Assembly: GCF_028368995.1 (NCBI RefSeq)
Contig: NZ_JAQNDL010000003.1
Location: 1,280,001 to 1,344,000, forward strand
DNA from: Nannocystis bainbridge
GTDB taxonomy: Bacteria > Myxococcota_A > Polyangia > Nannocystales > Nannocystaceae
Direction: 5' to 3'
DNA: 64,000 nucleotides
The notes beneath the pieces are model-generated. The model was given only the letters and a program-made list of their open reading frames with translations, did not search any database and was not told the origin of the DNA. Positions 14,356-24,467 of the stretch are shown piece by piece (positions within the stretch are counted from its first letter, which is position 1; each line of letters begins with the position of its first letter). The position numbers were made by a program, and so were the translations under genes.

Positions 14356-15453
14356 ATGAGCGGCGCTCTCCTCTCTCCCCTTCGTCTGCGCAACGGCCTC
14401 GTCGCCCGCAACCGGGTCTGGCTGGCCCCGCTGACCAACCAGCAGAGCCGCGACGACGGCGTGTGTTCGCCCGAGGAGCAGCGCTGGCTCGAGCGGCGGG
14501 CCGAGGGCGGCTTCAGCGTCGTCGAGACCTGCGCCGCCCACGTCTCGCGCGACGGCCAGGGCTTCGACGGCCAGCTCGGCGTGTGGGGCGATCATCAGCT
14601 CCCGCGCCTGCGCGAGCTCGCCGCCGGCATCACCGGCGCCGGCGCGATCGGCCTCGTCCAGCTCTACCACGGCGGCGTCCGCTCGCCCTCGCGGTTGACC
14701 GGTCAGCAGCCGTGGAGCGCCAGCAGCTTCACCGAGGCCAAGCCCGACTTCGAGGTCCCGCGGGCCGCCGACGTGCGCGACATCGAGGACGCGCTCGACG
14801 CCTTCGAGCAGGCCGCGCGTCGCGCCGCCGCCGCTGGATTCCAGGGTGTCGAGCTCCACGGCGCCCACGGTTATCTCCTCGGTCAATTCCTCAGCAGCGC
14901 CATGAATCAGCGCACCGACGAATGGGGCGGCAGCTTCGCCAATCGCGCTCGCCTCATTCGCACCGCCGTCCGCCGGGTCCGCGCCGCCACCCCCGCGCAA
15001 TTCCTCGTCGGTGCGCGGATCTCCCCCGAGGATTTCGGCCACGCCCGCGGCCTCGACCTCGACGAATCGTTGCAGCTCGCCGCCTGGCTGGCCGAGGACG
15101 GCGTCGATTTCCTCCACGTCTCCCTCTGGGACACCAGGAAGAACACCGCCAAGCGCCCCGACCAGCACCCCGTCCCGCTGTTCCGCGCCGCCTTGCCGGC
15201 CGGCGTGCCGCTGGTCGTCGCCGGCAACATCTGGACCCGGGCCGAGGCCGAGGCCCAGCTCGGGCTCGGCGCCGACTTCGTGGCTCTCGGCAAGGTTGCG
15301 ATCTTGAACCCCGACTGGCCGCGACGCGCCGCCGATCCGGCCTACGAGCCCGAGCGCGGCCCGCTCACGCCCGCCCAGCTGCACGACCTGGCCATCAGCG
15401 ACACCTTCGTCGACTACCTGCGCCGCTTCAGGACGATCGTCCGCGACGCCTGA
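14356..15453 (+). CDS. NADH:flavin oxidoreductase (old yellow enzyme family)
   Basis: NR..LAPLT, QLYHGG, ELHGAHGYLL.QF and NQRTDEWGGS motifs. Confidence 0.93.
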   Translation: MSGALLSPLRLRNGLVARNRVWLAPLTNQQSRDDGVCSPEEQRWLERRAEGGFSVVETCAAHVSRDGQGFDGQLGVWGDHQLPRLRELAAGITGAGAIGLVQLYHGGVRSPSRLTGQQPWSASSFTEAKPDFEVPRAADVRDIEDALDAFEQAARRAAAAGFQGVELHGAHGYLLGQFLSSAMNQRTDEWGGSFANRARLIRTAVRRVRAATPAQFLVGARISPEDFGHARGLDLDESLQLAAWLAEDGVDFLHVSLWDTRKNTAKRPDQHPVPLFRAALPAGVPLVVAGNIWTRAEAEAQLGLGADFVALGKVAILNPDWPRRAADPAYEPERGPLTPAQLHDLAISDTFVDYLRRFRTIVRDA

Positions 15454-15476
15454 GCTGCCGTCGCCCATCCTGGCGC

Positions 15477-15536
15477 GCTGTGGTGATTCGCCACAGCTCG
15501 CCAATCACCCCAGAGGCCGCCGCTGTGGTGATTCGC
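15477..15536 (+). terminator. Hairpin downstream of the OYE gene with a partial second copy
   Basis: GCTGTGG-TGATTCG-CCACAGC at 15477-15497. GCTGTGGTGATTCGC recurs at 15522-15536. No U-tract. Confidence 0.35.
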
Positions 15537-15676
15537 AACGCCCCGCTCTCCTCTCCAGCTGCGCCCCGATCTATCACCCCCCTCTGAATTTTCCCGCGTG
15601 ACAATGCCGCCGCGCCGCGCCGATCGCCGCCTGCGACGGCGCGAATAAGTCGCCTCCCGGGGCGTCACCGGAGGCC

Positions 15677-16393
15677 ATGACAATCCATCGAAGCGTGCAT
15701 CGCGGCCTCCTCGCCTGGACCCTCGCCTGCGCCGGCGGATGTGGGGACGACGGCGGCGGCTCGACCGGCGACGGCTCCACCACCGAGCCCGCGACCTCCG
15801 CGGCCACCGACGAAAGCACGGGCGCGCCCGGCACCACCACCGACGGCACCACTGGCACTTCCACCACCGGCGAGGACCCGACGACCACCGGCGAGCCGGA
15901 GACCGGCAGCACCACCGAGGCCCCGATCGACGGCAGCGGCCTCAATTGCATGACCCCCGCGACCCCGATCCCGAATCCGGTCCCGCCGGAGATCCTTCCG
16001 ACCTCCTTCACCTTCGATTTCGCCGAGAGCGGGACCGTCGGCGATATCAACGTCAAGCTGCGCACCAGCGAGCTCAAGAGGGCATCCTACGTCGAGATCC
16101 GGCTGACGCACGGCGAGACCACGGTCGTCCTTTCCAAAGACAATTGCGAGGAGAACAAGGACTTCAGCGTCGTCTTCGACGACGAGGCCGGCCCGTTCAC
16201 CTGCTGCGGGGACATCTTCTGCTCCGGCGATCCGCTCGTCGGCGACTTCCAGCCCACCGAGCCGCTCGCCGCCTTCGCCGGCCAGCCGATCGCCGGCACC
16301 TGGACGCTCGACATCTACCCCTTCACGTGGTCCCCGGACCTGCCGTATCAGGGCATCGTCGAGGAGTTCTGCCTCGACATCTCCCTGCCCTGA
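15677..16393 (+). CDS. Lipoprotein with Thr-rich linker and proprotein-convertase P-domain-like C-terminus
   Basis: GGC.DD lipobox, T/G/S linker, then 'DINV...IRL.HG...VVL...FDDEA...PL..F.G....GTWTL.I'. Confidence 0.75.
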   Translation: MTIHRSVHRGLLAWTLACAGGCGDDGGGSTGDGSTTEPATSAATDESTGAPGTTTDGTTGTSTTGEDPTTTGEPETGSTTEAPIDGSGLNCMTPATPIPNPVPPEILPTSFTFDFAESGTVGDINVKLRTSELKRASYVEIRLTHGETTVVLSKDNCEENKDFSVVFDDEAGPFTCCGDIFCSGDPLVGDFQPTEPLAAFAGQPIAGTWTLDIYPFTWSPDLPYQGIVEEFCLDISLP

Positions 16394-16577
16394 TCGAAGG
16401 CGGAGCATCGCTGCGATCGCCGGCGCCGATCGCCGGCACATGTCTCGAGAGACATGTTGTGTCAATTCATCGCTGTCCGCTCGCCGATGCGCATGCCCGC
16501 GCGTGGCATCGCGCCTGCGCGCCCGCGAGCGCTCGCCGTACTTGTGCGCCGGCGGGTCGCTCCCGTATAGCCTGATC

Positions 16578-17456
16578 ATGCGCCGCTCCCTGCTCCTCGC
16601 CTCCCTCGCGCTCGCCTGCACCCCCGCGCCGCCCCAGGGAGTGAGCACCGAGCCCCGCCCTCTCGCGCCCGAGCTCCCCACGCCCGCCCCTGCCCCTGTC
16701 CCCACGCCGGTCCCTGCGCCCACGCCTGCGCCTGCGCCCGTCGTCGCCCCCGCCCCTGCCCCCGCGCCGACCTTGCTCGCCGGCCCCGACCGCTATCGCC
16801 TGCCGAGCGCCGCCCGCTGCCAGGAGGGCGAAGAGGGCCCCTTCTGCGGCGTGTACATCGTCGACGCCGCCACCGGCGACACCACCACCCTGCTGACCCG
16901 CGACGGCTCTGCCTGGCTCGTGCGCGTCGGCAAGACCGAGACGCCGACGGTCGTCGAGTTCGTGGAGATGCCGCGCCCCCCGGAGCAGATCCAGCCCCTC
17001 GATCTGCCGCGCACCGACGCCGGAGCGATGATCGCCTTTTTGCCGCCGCATCCGCTCGTGCCCGAGCCCTTCGCGCTCGCCGGCGTGCGCTCCTTCTTCG
17101 GCGATTTCGTCGTGCTCGGCGACAAGTTCTACGGCGCCGGCCTCGTCAAGGACACGACCCTCCTCGAGATCGATCCCAGGGCCCGCAGCTTCAAGCCCTT
17201 CAACCTCGCCGGCAAGTCGCCGCTCTCCATTCAGCCCGCGGGGCAAAACCTCGCCCTGTCGCTCGCAGGCAAAAAGCGCAAGACGGTCGCCACCTTCGAA
17301 GTCGCGACCGGCAAGCTGCTCCGCGAGTTCGCGCTGCCCCGCGACCTCGAGCCCGAGTGTCGGCGCAGCCATCACTATTACGGCGAGGACCAGGCGCATT
17401 TCGACATGGCGACGGGTCGCTTTTACGTCGGCTTCTCCTGCTTCCCCGACGCCTGA
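16578..17456 (+). CDS. Hypothetical lipoprotein with Pro/Ala linker
   Basis: MRRSLLLASLALAC lipobox, PA repeats and a globular C-terminal domain. Confidence 0.75.
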   Translation: MRRSLLLASLALACTPAPPQGVSTEPRPLAPELPTPAPAPVPTPVPAPTPAPAPVVAPAPAPAPTLLAGPDRYRLPSAARCQEGEEGPFCGVYIVDAATGDTTTLLTRDGSAWLVRVGKTETPTVVEFVEMPRPPEQIQPLDLPRTDAGAMIAFLPPHPLVPEPFALAGVRSFFGDFVVLGDKFYGAGLVKDTTLLEIDPRARSFKPFNLAGKSPLSIQPAGQNLALSLAGKKRKTVATFEVATGKLLREFALPRDLEPECRRSHHYYGEDQAHFDMATGRFYVGFSCFPDA

Positions 17457-17799
17457 CAGCAATCGTCGGGCTGCTTCCTCCAGAGCGGAGCGGGGTCCTC
17501 CTTCGCCTCGTCCTGCCGATGAGGAGTTCCCTGACATTGCTATGAGCGGCGCGCGCCGCGGGCTGCCCTCCTCGCGCAGACCTGCGGTCGGACGTCCGTC
17601 CCGCGAAGCAGTTTGTCCGCGCAGCGGCGCACGACCGACCGCATCGCTCCTTCGCGCCTCGCCGCGCCCCCGAAGATTCTCGTCCATACGGCCTCGTGCG
17701 GGCTCCATTCGTCGATTCTCCGTCGCTCGGAATACATGTCCCTCGGGCTATGTTCCATCCCATCAGGACCACCGAGGTGCGCCTCGCTCTGCCTCCTCC

Positions 17800-18171
17800 G
17801 GAGGCCTCAGCGGCGGCGGCCTGGTCAACCTCGCCCGCTACCTCGGCGCCAAGTACCCCGATCAGCGCCTCGGCCTGGTCTCCTCCACCCTCGACGTCAC
17901 GATCCGCTTCTTCTTCGGCTACGGCGAGGACGAGTGCACCCCGAAGACCATCAACGTCCCCGCCGGCGAGTTCGAGGCCGGGCTCGTCGACCTGCGCGAC
18001 AACTACGTGCACGAGCCTTCCGGCGTGTGGAGCACCTACCTGGTCGGCGGCAGCGACGCCCACGTGTGGACCATGAGCTCGCGGTTCGCCAACACCCACG
18101 TCGACGGCGTCCGCTTCGTCGACTGGCTCACCGACCTGCTGGCCGGCGAAGCCCGCCACGTCGGCCCGTGA
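17800..18171 (+). pseudogene. Orphan C-terminal fragment, probably of a pectin-acetylesterase-like (VtpJ-type) hydrolase
   Basis: Good coding-type sequence (YPDQRLGLVSSTLDVTIRFFFG...STYLVGG..H...VDGVRFVDWL) with no plausible start. The upstream frame is non-coding-like. Confidence 0.55.
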
Positions 18172-18452
18172 CCTGCGCTCGCGGACATGCCCAATCGGAC
18201 ATGTCCACGCAGACACATCACACCTCCGCGCCGCAGGTGCGCGCGACGGCTCGATCCGCCGCCGCGATCGAGGTCATCCTTCGCGTCTTCCGCCGTCGAC
18301 TCGCTTCGAGCGGGCAATGACCGCCCGACCGTTCGCCTCGTTCCTGCTGCCCCGAGGACGTCGCACCTGAGGCCGCTCGCGGGTCCGGGTCGGCGATCGC
18401 GCAATGATTTGTCGCCCGCCGCCTCGAACCGCGCGGGGGCATCTGCTACAGC

Positions 18453-19127
18453 ATGGCGATGATCGACCTCTACACCGCAGCCACGCCCAACGGGCACAAG
18501 GTTTCGATCGCGCTCGAGGAGATGGCTCTCCCTTACGAGGTCCACGCGCTCTCGCTCACCCGAGGCGACCAGAAGCAGCCCGAGTTCCTCGCCATCAACC
18601 CTAACGGGCGGATCCCCGCGATCGTCGACCGCGACGCCGGCGACCTCGCCGTGTTCGAGTCGGGCGCGATCCTCATCTACCTGGCCGAGAAGACAGGTCA
18701 GTTCCTCCCCACCGAGGCGCACGCGCGCAGTCGCGTCCTTCAGTGGTTGATGTTCCAGATGGGCGGCGTCGGCCCGATGATGGGCCAGGCCAACGTCTTC
18801 TTCCGCTACGCCCCCGAGAAGATCCCCTACGCCATCGGCCGCTACCAGCGCGAGGTCCGGCGCCTGCTCGAGGTCCTCGACAAGCGGCTCGCCGGCGTCC
18901 CCTACCTCGCCGGCGACTACTCGATCGCCGACATGGCCACCTGGCCGTGGGCCCGCGCCCACGACTGGGGCGGCGTCAGCATCGACGGCCTCGACCACCT
19001 GCAGCGCTGGCTCCGCGACGTCGGCGAGCGCCCGGCCGTCGTGCGCGGCTACGCCGTCCCGCCCTCCGAGGCCCCGCAGCCGACCGACAAGACCGTCGAG
19101 GGCATCCGCAACACCCTCCTCGTGTGA
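18453..19127 (+). CDS. Glutathione S-transferase (YfcG/Nu-class-like)
   Basis: [21 protein letters not shown] and YSIAD motifs. Confidence 0.93.
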   Translation: MAMIDLYTAATPNGHKVSIALEEMALPYEVHALSLTRGDQKQPEFLAINPNGRIPAIVDRDAGDLAVFESGAILIYLAEKTGQFLPTEAHARSRVLQWLMFQMGGVGPMMGQANVFFRYAPEKIPYAIGRYQREVRRLLEVLDKRLAGVPYLAGDYSIADMATWPWARAHDWGGVSIDGLDHLQRWLRDVGERPAVVRGYAVPPSEAPQPTDKTVEGIRNTLLV

Positions 19128-19209
19128 CAGCGCCGCCGAAGATCGACCAGTCTGTTCCGTCAGGTCCGAAGGGACATGCCCCGAGAGACATGTCCCAAGA
19201 CCGTCCGCC

Positions 19210-20787
19210 TCACGCCAGCCCGTAGAGCGAATCGACCAGCGCGTCGAGGGCCGGCGCGACTGACGGGTCGCCCGCGCGCCAGCGGTCGACCAGCCTGACG
19301 ATCTCCGCCGCCACCTCCCGGTCCCAGTCCTCCGGGGCCGGCACCGGCAGCCCGCGCAGCTGGCGGGGACCGATCCGCAGGTACCCGCGGGCCAGGCGGT
19401 CGCCGCCGTGCACGTGTTGATAATAGTCGTCGATCACCCGGCTGTGCACGATCGCCGCCAGCACCCGCAGGTCGTCGGGCCACCAGCAGATCGTCGTCGA
19501 CTTGCCGGCCAGCACCTCGCCGCGGGCGTCGATCGTCGCCTCGATCGAGCGCGTCATCCCGGCCACGATCAGCTTCGGCGTGCGCGCCTGGGCCAGCCGG
19601 CGCGGCGGCAGGCGCTCGGGCGCCGCGATCACCGGGCGCAGGAAGCTGCGGCCCAGGTAGCGCAGCGGCGTCTTGCCCCACAGCTCGGCGCAGCGGTCGA
19701 TCGTCCCGCTGTTGACCACGCGCAGCCCTGCTTCGCCCTCCACGATCAGCTCCGCGATCGCGTAGGCCTCGCCGACGGTCGCCGCGCCCCACACCTGCGC
19801 CAGCTCGCCGAGCGGCCGGCCGACCGCGCGCATGTGGGCCACGCAGGCCGCGTCGCCGCGGCCCGAGATCGGCCACGGCCCCTGGGACAGACCTGTCCCG
19901 AGGGACATCTCCTCACATTCGTCCGTGCCGCGCCGCAGCGCCACCGGCGTCGCCTCGCCCGGGCCGCGGCGGGCCACGAACGCCAGCGGGTAGACCCCGG
20001 CCGCGAACGGCAGCGCCTCGCTCAGGTCGTACAGCGCCACCAGCCGGGCCTCGCGCGTCAGCAGCCGGCGGGTCGCCGCCGCGTAGTCGGCCGACGCCAG
20101 CTTGTTCGGCACCACCAGCGCCACGTAGCCGCCCGGCGCGCACAGGCGCAGGCCGAGCTCGATGAACACGCAGAACAGGTCCCAGTTGCCGCGGGCCGCC
20201 TCGTAGCAGCCGGCGCAGTGGCGGCGCAGCGCCGCGTGGTGGCGCGTCATCGCCTCCGCGTCGACGAACGGCGGGTTGCCGAGCACCGCGTCGAAGCCCC
20301 CCGCCGCCAGCGCCGCCGGGAACTCCTCCGCCCACACGAACGGCTGGCCCGCCGCCGCCGGCGCCCCGGCCCCCAGCAGCGCGTTGCCGACCTTGATGTT
20401 TTCGGACATGTCCTCGGGGACAGCTCCCACCAAGCCCGCCACCGCCGCGCGCGCCAGCAGGGCCGCCGCCGGGTCGACGTCGACCCCGAAGATCGCCGCC
20501 TGCAGCAGCGCCAGCCGCTCGCCCGCGCTACGCGCTTCACCTGTCTCTCGGGCCATCTCCTCGTCGCGGGCCAGCAGCGCCGCCGCGGCCGCGATCAAGA
20601 ACGCCCCCGCGCCACACGCCGGGTCGACCACCCGCACCGTCGCCCCCGCCGGCGCCGCCGCCAACACGCGCCCGAGCGCGTCGTCGACCAGCCGGCGCAC
20701 CAGCGGCGCCGGCGTGTAGAACACCCCGTCGCGCTTGCGGCGGGCCGGATCGAGCCCGCGTTCGTGCGCCCGCGCGGCCTCGTTCAT
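19210..20787 (-). CDS. Orphan N6-adenine DNA methyltransferase (gamma class, TaqI/Eco57I-like)
   Basis: GVFYTP, motif I VDPACGAGAFL, motif IV GNPPF and a C-terminal target-recognition-like region. No nuclease domain or neighbouring nuclease. Confidence 0.88.
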   Translation of the reverse strand: MNEAARAHERGLDPARRKRDGVFYTPAPLVRRLVDDALGRVLAAAPAGATVRVVDPACGAGAFLIAAAAALLARDEEMARETGEARSAGERLALLQAAIFGVDVDPAAALLARAAVAGLVGAVPEDMSENIKVGNALLGAGAPAAAGQPFVWAEEFPAALAAGGFDAVLGNPPFVDAEAMTRHHAALRRHCAGCYEAARGNWDLFCVFIELGLRLCAPGGYVALVVPNKLASADYAAATRRLLTREARLVALYDLSEALPFAAGVYPLAFVARRGPGEATPVALRRGTDECEEMSLGTGLSQGPWPISGRGDAACVAHMRAVGRPLGELAQVWGAATVGEAYAIAELIVEGEAGLRVVNSGTIDRCAELWGKTPLRYLGRSFLRPVIAAPERLPPRRLAQARTPKLIVAGMTRSIEATIDARGEVLAGKSTTICWWPDDLRVLAAIVHSRVIDDYYQHVHGGDRLARGYLRIGPRQLRGLPVPAPEDWDREVAAEIVRLVDRWRAGDPSVAPALDALVDSLYGLA

Positions 20788-21050
20788 GCCGGCGATCCCG
20801 GGCCCGCGGCGATCTCCAGCGCGCCCGCCGCGGCGCCCCTGGACGGCGACCACGGCCCGCTCTCCGCCCTCGCCAGGCCCGCCCGCGGCCAGCCCGGCCG
20901 GGCCACGAGCGCCTCGCCGCGGACCTTCGCGGCCCGTCCGGCCCGCGGCTCACGCGACCTGGCGTCGGCGCACACCGGCGCAGTTTACCCACGCCCGCCC
21001 GTCTGTGCTACCACTCCCGCGCGGACGGCTCGCCACCTGTCCGGAGAGAC

Positions 21051-21788
21051 ATGTCCCAACAAACAGCCTCGCCCGAACGGCTCGCGCCGGTGATCGCCCC
21101 CTCGCTGCTCAGCGCCGACTTCGCCCGCCTCGGCGAGGAGGCCGTCGCGCTCGACCGGGCCGGCGCCGACTGGCTGCACGTCGACGTCATGGACGGCCGG
21201 TTCGTCCCCAACATCACGATCGGCCCGCTGGTGGTCCAGGCCCTGCGCCCGCACACCGCGCGCGTGCTCGACTGTCACTTGATGATCGAGGAGCCCGAGC
21301 GCTACGTCGAGGCGTTCGCCGACGCCGGGGCCGACATCATCACCGTCCACCTCGAGGCCTGCCGCCACCTCCACCGCAACCTCCAGCAGATCCGCGACCT
21401 CAAGCGCAAATCTGGCGGGCGGGTGCTGGCCGGCGTCAGCCTCAACCCGCACACCCCCGCCTCGGCCCTGGTCCACGTGCTCGACCTGTGCGACCTCGTC
21501 CTCGTCATGAGCGTCAACCCCGGCTTCGGCGGCCAGCAGTTCATCCCCGCCGTGCGGCCCAAGATCCGCGAGCTGCGGGCCATGATCACCGCCGCCGGCC
21601 TGCCGACCCGGATCGAGGTCGACGGCGGCGTGACCGTCGACACCATCGCCGACATCGCGGCGGACGGCGCCGACGCCTTCGTGTCCGGCACCGGCGTCCT
21701 GCGCAGCCGGCAGTTCGGTCGGGACTACGCCGCCGCCATCGCGGCCCTTCGGGGAACCGCCGATGCCGCCATGATCTGGCGCACCTGA
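21051..21788 (+). CDS. rpe: Ribulose-phosphate 3-epimerase
   Basis: IAPSLLSADF, HVDVMDG.FVPN, DCHLM, MSVNPGFGGQ and EVDGG motifs. Confidence 0.97.
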   Translation: MSQQTASPERLAPVIAPSLLSADFARLGEEAVALDRAGADWLHVDVMDGRFVPNITIGPLVVQALRPHTARVLDCHLMIEEPERYVEAFADAGADIITVHLEACRHLHRNLQQIRDLKRKSGGRVLAGVSLNPHTPASALVHVLDLCDLVLVMSVNPGFGGQQFIPAVRPKIRELRAMITAAGLPTRIEVDGGVTVDTIADIAADGADAFVSGTGVLRSRQFGRDYAAAIAALRGTADAAMIWRT

Positions 21789-21881
21789 CCGGCCGTCCGG
21801 CCCCGCGGAGGCCCTGCGCGATGGCGCGGGAAGTTGGCTGGCGGCGCAATCGGTGTCACAAACGGGCGCGTCGATTCCGCC

Positions 21882-22967
21882 ATGCCGTCGCTCGTCCGTC
21901 ACTCCTCGTTCGTCGCGTTCGCCCTCGTGCTCGCAGCCGCGGGCGACGTCGCCGCCCAATCGCCCACCCCAGCCCCGCCGGCCGAGCCGCCCGACGAAGA
22001 GGCCGCGCCGCCTGCCGAGCCCACGCCGCCGCCTGCCGGTACTGCCGCCTCGACCGCCAAGACGACCGGCACCATCGGCACCCAGGCCCCGGCCAGCAGC
22101 GGCGCCGCCAACCTCGACGACGCCAAGTTCGCCACCACCAGCACCACCGAGCCGATGGACGCCACCGAGGCCGAGGTCTCGGCGGGTGGTCTGTTCACCT
22201 CTGGCAACGCGCGCTCGGCCGCGATGACCGGCGGCGGCCGGTTCCGGATCCGCCGCAAGATCCACGAGTTCCAGGCCCAGTTCGTCGGCAACTACGCCCA
22301 GGCCGCGATCCGCCTGCCCGACGGCGAGCGCAGCAGCCAGCTGACCGCCGGCAACGTCCAGGGCCGGGTGCGCTACGACGTCTACTTCCACCCGCGGGTC
22401 ACGTTCTTCACCATGCTGACCGCGCGCTTCGACCCGTTCCTCGGGCTCAACATGCGCATGCGGGTCGACCCGGGCTTCGCGTTCTACATCATCAACCAGC
22501 CCAAGCACCGCCTGTGGGCCGAGGCCGGCTACGACTTCCTCTACGACCAGCGGCGGCTGCGTCGCGGCGCCGACAATGCCCAGTGTCCGGCCGGCACCAC
22601 CCTCGTGCTCGACGTGCCGAACACCACCGCGGCGATGCCGACCTGCGCCGCCCGCTCGAGCGTCGCCACCCACTCGGGCCGCGTCTTCCTCGGCTACACC
22701 AACCTGCTGTCCGAGTACGTCACCTTCACCACCGGCATCGAGTACATCCAGGCGTTCGCGCCGTTCCGCTCCAACGCGGTCGAGACCGACGGCGGCAAGG
22801 CGCGCAGCAAGTCGTGGGTCAACTGGGACGTGGGCCTCACCACCGCCCTCGGCAAGCGCTTCGCCTTCGCCACCAGCTTCACCCTCCGCTACGACAACGC
22901 CCCGCTGCCGGGCATCAAGAAGCTCGACACGATCACCTCGTTCAGCCTGGTGTTCCGCTTCATCTAG
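21882..22967 (+). CDS. DUF481-like outer-membrane beta-barrel protein
   Basis: Signal peptide, Pro-rich linker, alternating beta strands, T.GN motif, 'YDNAP.PG..K.DT.T' and a terminal aromatic strand. Confidence 0.75.
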   Translation: MPSLVRHSSFVAFALVLAAAGDVAAQSPTPAPPAEPPDEEAAPPAEPTPPPAGTAASTAKTTGTIGTQAPASSGAANLDDAKFATTSTTEPMDATEAEVSAGGLFTSGNARSAAMTGGGRFRIRRKIHEFQAQFVGNYAQAAIRLPDGERSSQLTAGNVQGRVRYDVYFHPRVTFFTMLTARFDPFLGLNMRMRVDPGFAFYIINQPKHRLWAEAGYDFLYDQRRLRRGADNAQCPAGTTLVLDVPNTTAAMPTCAARSSVATHSGRVFLGYTNLLSEYVTFTTGIEYIQAFAPFRSNAVETDGGKARSKSWVNWDVGLTTALGKRFAFATSFTLRYDNAPLPGIKKLDTITSFSLVFRFI

Positions 22968-22980
22968 GCCGGCCCGCGAG

Positions 22981-23320
22981 CGACCTGCCCCAAAGGACAT
23001 CCGCCCAGCGCGCCGCCGGCTGTCTAGTGGGACATGTCGAAAAGGACATGCCCTTCGGGACACCCGGTCTGGCTGCCCCGCGGACACGTCCTTGAAGGCA
23101 CGGCCTTCGGGTCGCCGAACCGGCGTGACCTCGGGAGCATGTCCCTGAGGCCATGCCCTTCGGGTCACCCCACCCGGCCTGTCCCGTGGATATGTCCCCG
23201 AAGACATGCCCTTCAGGTCACCCCACCGCCATGGCTCGTGGACATGTCCTTGAAGCCATGCCCTCCAGGTCACCCGATCGCCAGGGCACCCGGTCACCGG
23301 GCGCGACCTGTCCCTCAAGC
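22981..23320. repeat. Intergenic cluster of tandem TGYC-N6-GACA units
   Basis: For example TGTC-tagtgg-GACA-TGTC-gaaaag-GACA-TGCC-cttcgg-GACA at 23021-23062, with further degenerate runs to about 23320. Confidence 0.85.
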
Positions 23321-23351
23321 CAGATCGCTCTGATTTTTTCTTAGAAGAATC

Positions 23352-24440
23352 TCACTCGGGCACGTCGCACACCGGCTCCGGCTCCGGCTCCCGGCAGCGA
23401 TCGCCCTCCCCGCACTGCAGGTGGCCCAGGCACTGCACCCACCCGGCGGACTCGCCGCACCCGGCGTCCACCCCCCCGCGGAGCACGCACACCTGCGAAC
23501 CGGCGTTGGGCTTGCACTCCGCGTACGGCTGGCACTCCCAATCCAGGCATGGTTCGCCGGCGGTCGGCAGCTTGACGCACTTCCTGCTCGTCTCGTCGCA
23601 GGTGTTGTCGAGGCGGGCGCACGGCGGGTAGTTGTTCGTCGAGCAGCTCTGGCCCTCGTTCGGCAGCGTCCGGCACGTGCGCCCGCCGTCGTCCGAGGAG
23701 TAGCATTGCAGGCCCTCGGCGCATTCGACCCACCCTGACGAGCAGTCCCCGCCTTCCCCGGTCCGCTCGCGGCAGATCGACTCCGAGAAATCGCAGTACA
23801 GCTCGAGCGCGCACGAGTTGCCGTTGTCCACGCACGACTCCCCCGCCTTGCGCCGCGCCGTGCACACCGTCGGCAGGAACGTATTGGGGTCGCGGGCGCA
23901 GAACGCATCGTCCGCGCAGCCCGAGCCGCTGCACGCGTCGCCGATCTGCGGCCCTGCGCCGCCCAGCACCCGGCACGCCCCCGGGCAGCACATGTCCTCC
24001 TCGCAGCCGAACGGCGAGAACCCGCACACCGCATCGCCCGCGCACTCCTCCGAGTTGAGGCACGGATCGTAGTTGCGGACCTTGCCGACGAACACGTCGG
24101 CGCACACCGCCGGCCCCGCCGTGGGGCCGACGCTGAACAGCACCCGCTCGAGCAGGTTGCGCTCGCACGCCTGCGCGCTCACCTGCTCGAGGCAGGCCTC
24201 GGCCGCCTCGGCGTCGAACTTCACCCGCTCGGCCGCCAGCGCCGCCAGCAGGTACTGGAAGCGCCCGCTCGTGTCCCACACCAGCGATTCGCGGCACTGC
24301 GCCGGCGACTGGAACACCGCGCAGCCGGACGCCCACGCGCACAGCGCCTGCTCGTACTCGCCGGCGAAGTCGTCCGGCGTCGCCGGCTCCGCGCACCCCG
24401 CCGTCACACACAGCACCAGCCCGGCGATCGTCGTCCTCAT
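23352..24440 (-). CDS. Cys-rich repeat lipoprotein (paralogue B)
   Basis: Lipobox TAGC, 'FDAEAAEACL' helix domain and repeated GE.C.....C..GL.C units. Confidence 0.85.
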   Translation of the reverse strand: MRTTIAGLVLCVTAGCAEPATPDDFAGEYEQALCAWASGCAVFQSPAQCRESLVWDTSGRFQYLLAALAAERVKFDAEAAEACLEQVSAQACERNLLERVLFSVGPTAGPAVCADVFVGKVRNYDPCLNSEECAGDAVCGFSPFGCEEDMCCPGACRVLGGAGPQIGDACSGSGCADDAFCARDPNTFLPTVCTARRKAGESCVDNGNSCALELYCDFSESICRERTGEGGDCSSGWVECAEGLQCYSSDDGGRTCRTLPNEGQSCSTNNYPPCARLDNTCDETSRKCVKLPTAGEPCLDWECQPYAECKPNAGSQVCVLRGGVDAGCGESAGWVQCLGHLQCGEGDRCREPEPEPVCDVPE

Positions 24441-24467
24441 GATGTCCTCCACGACATGTCCTTATGT

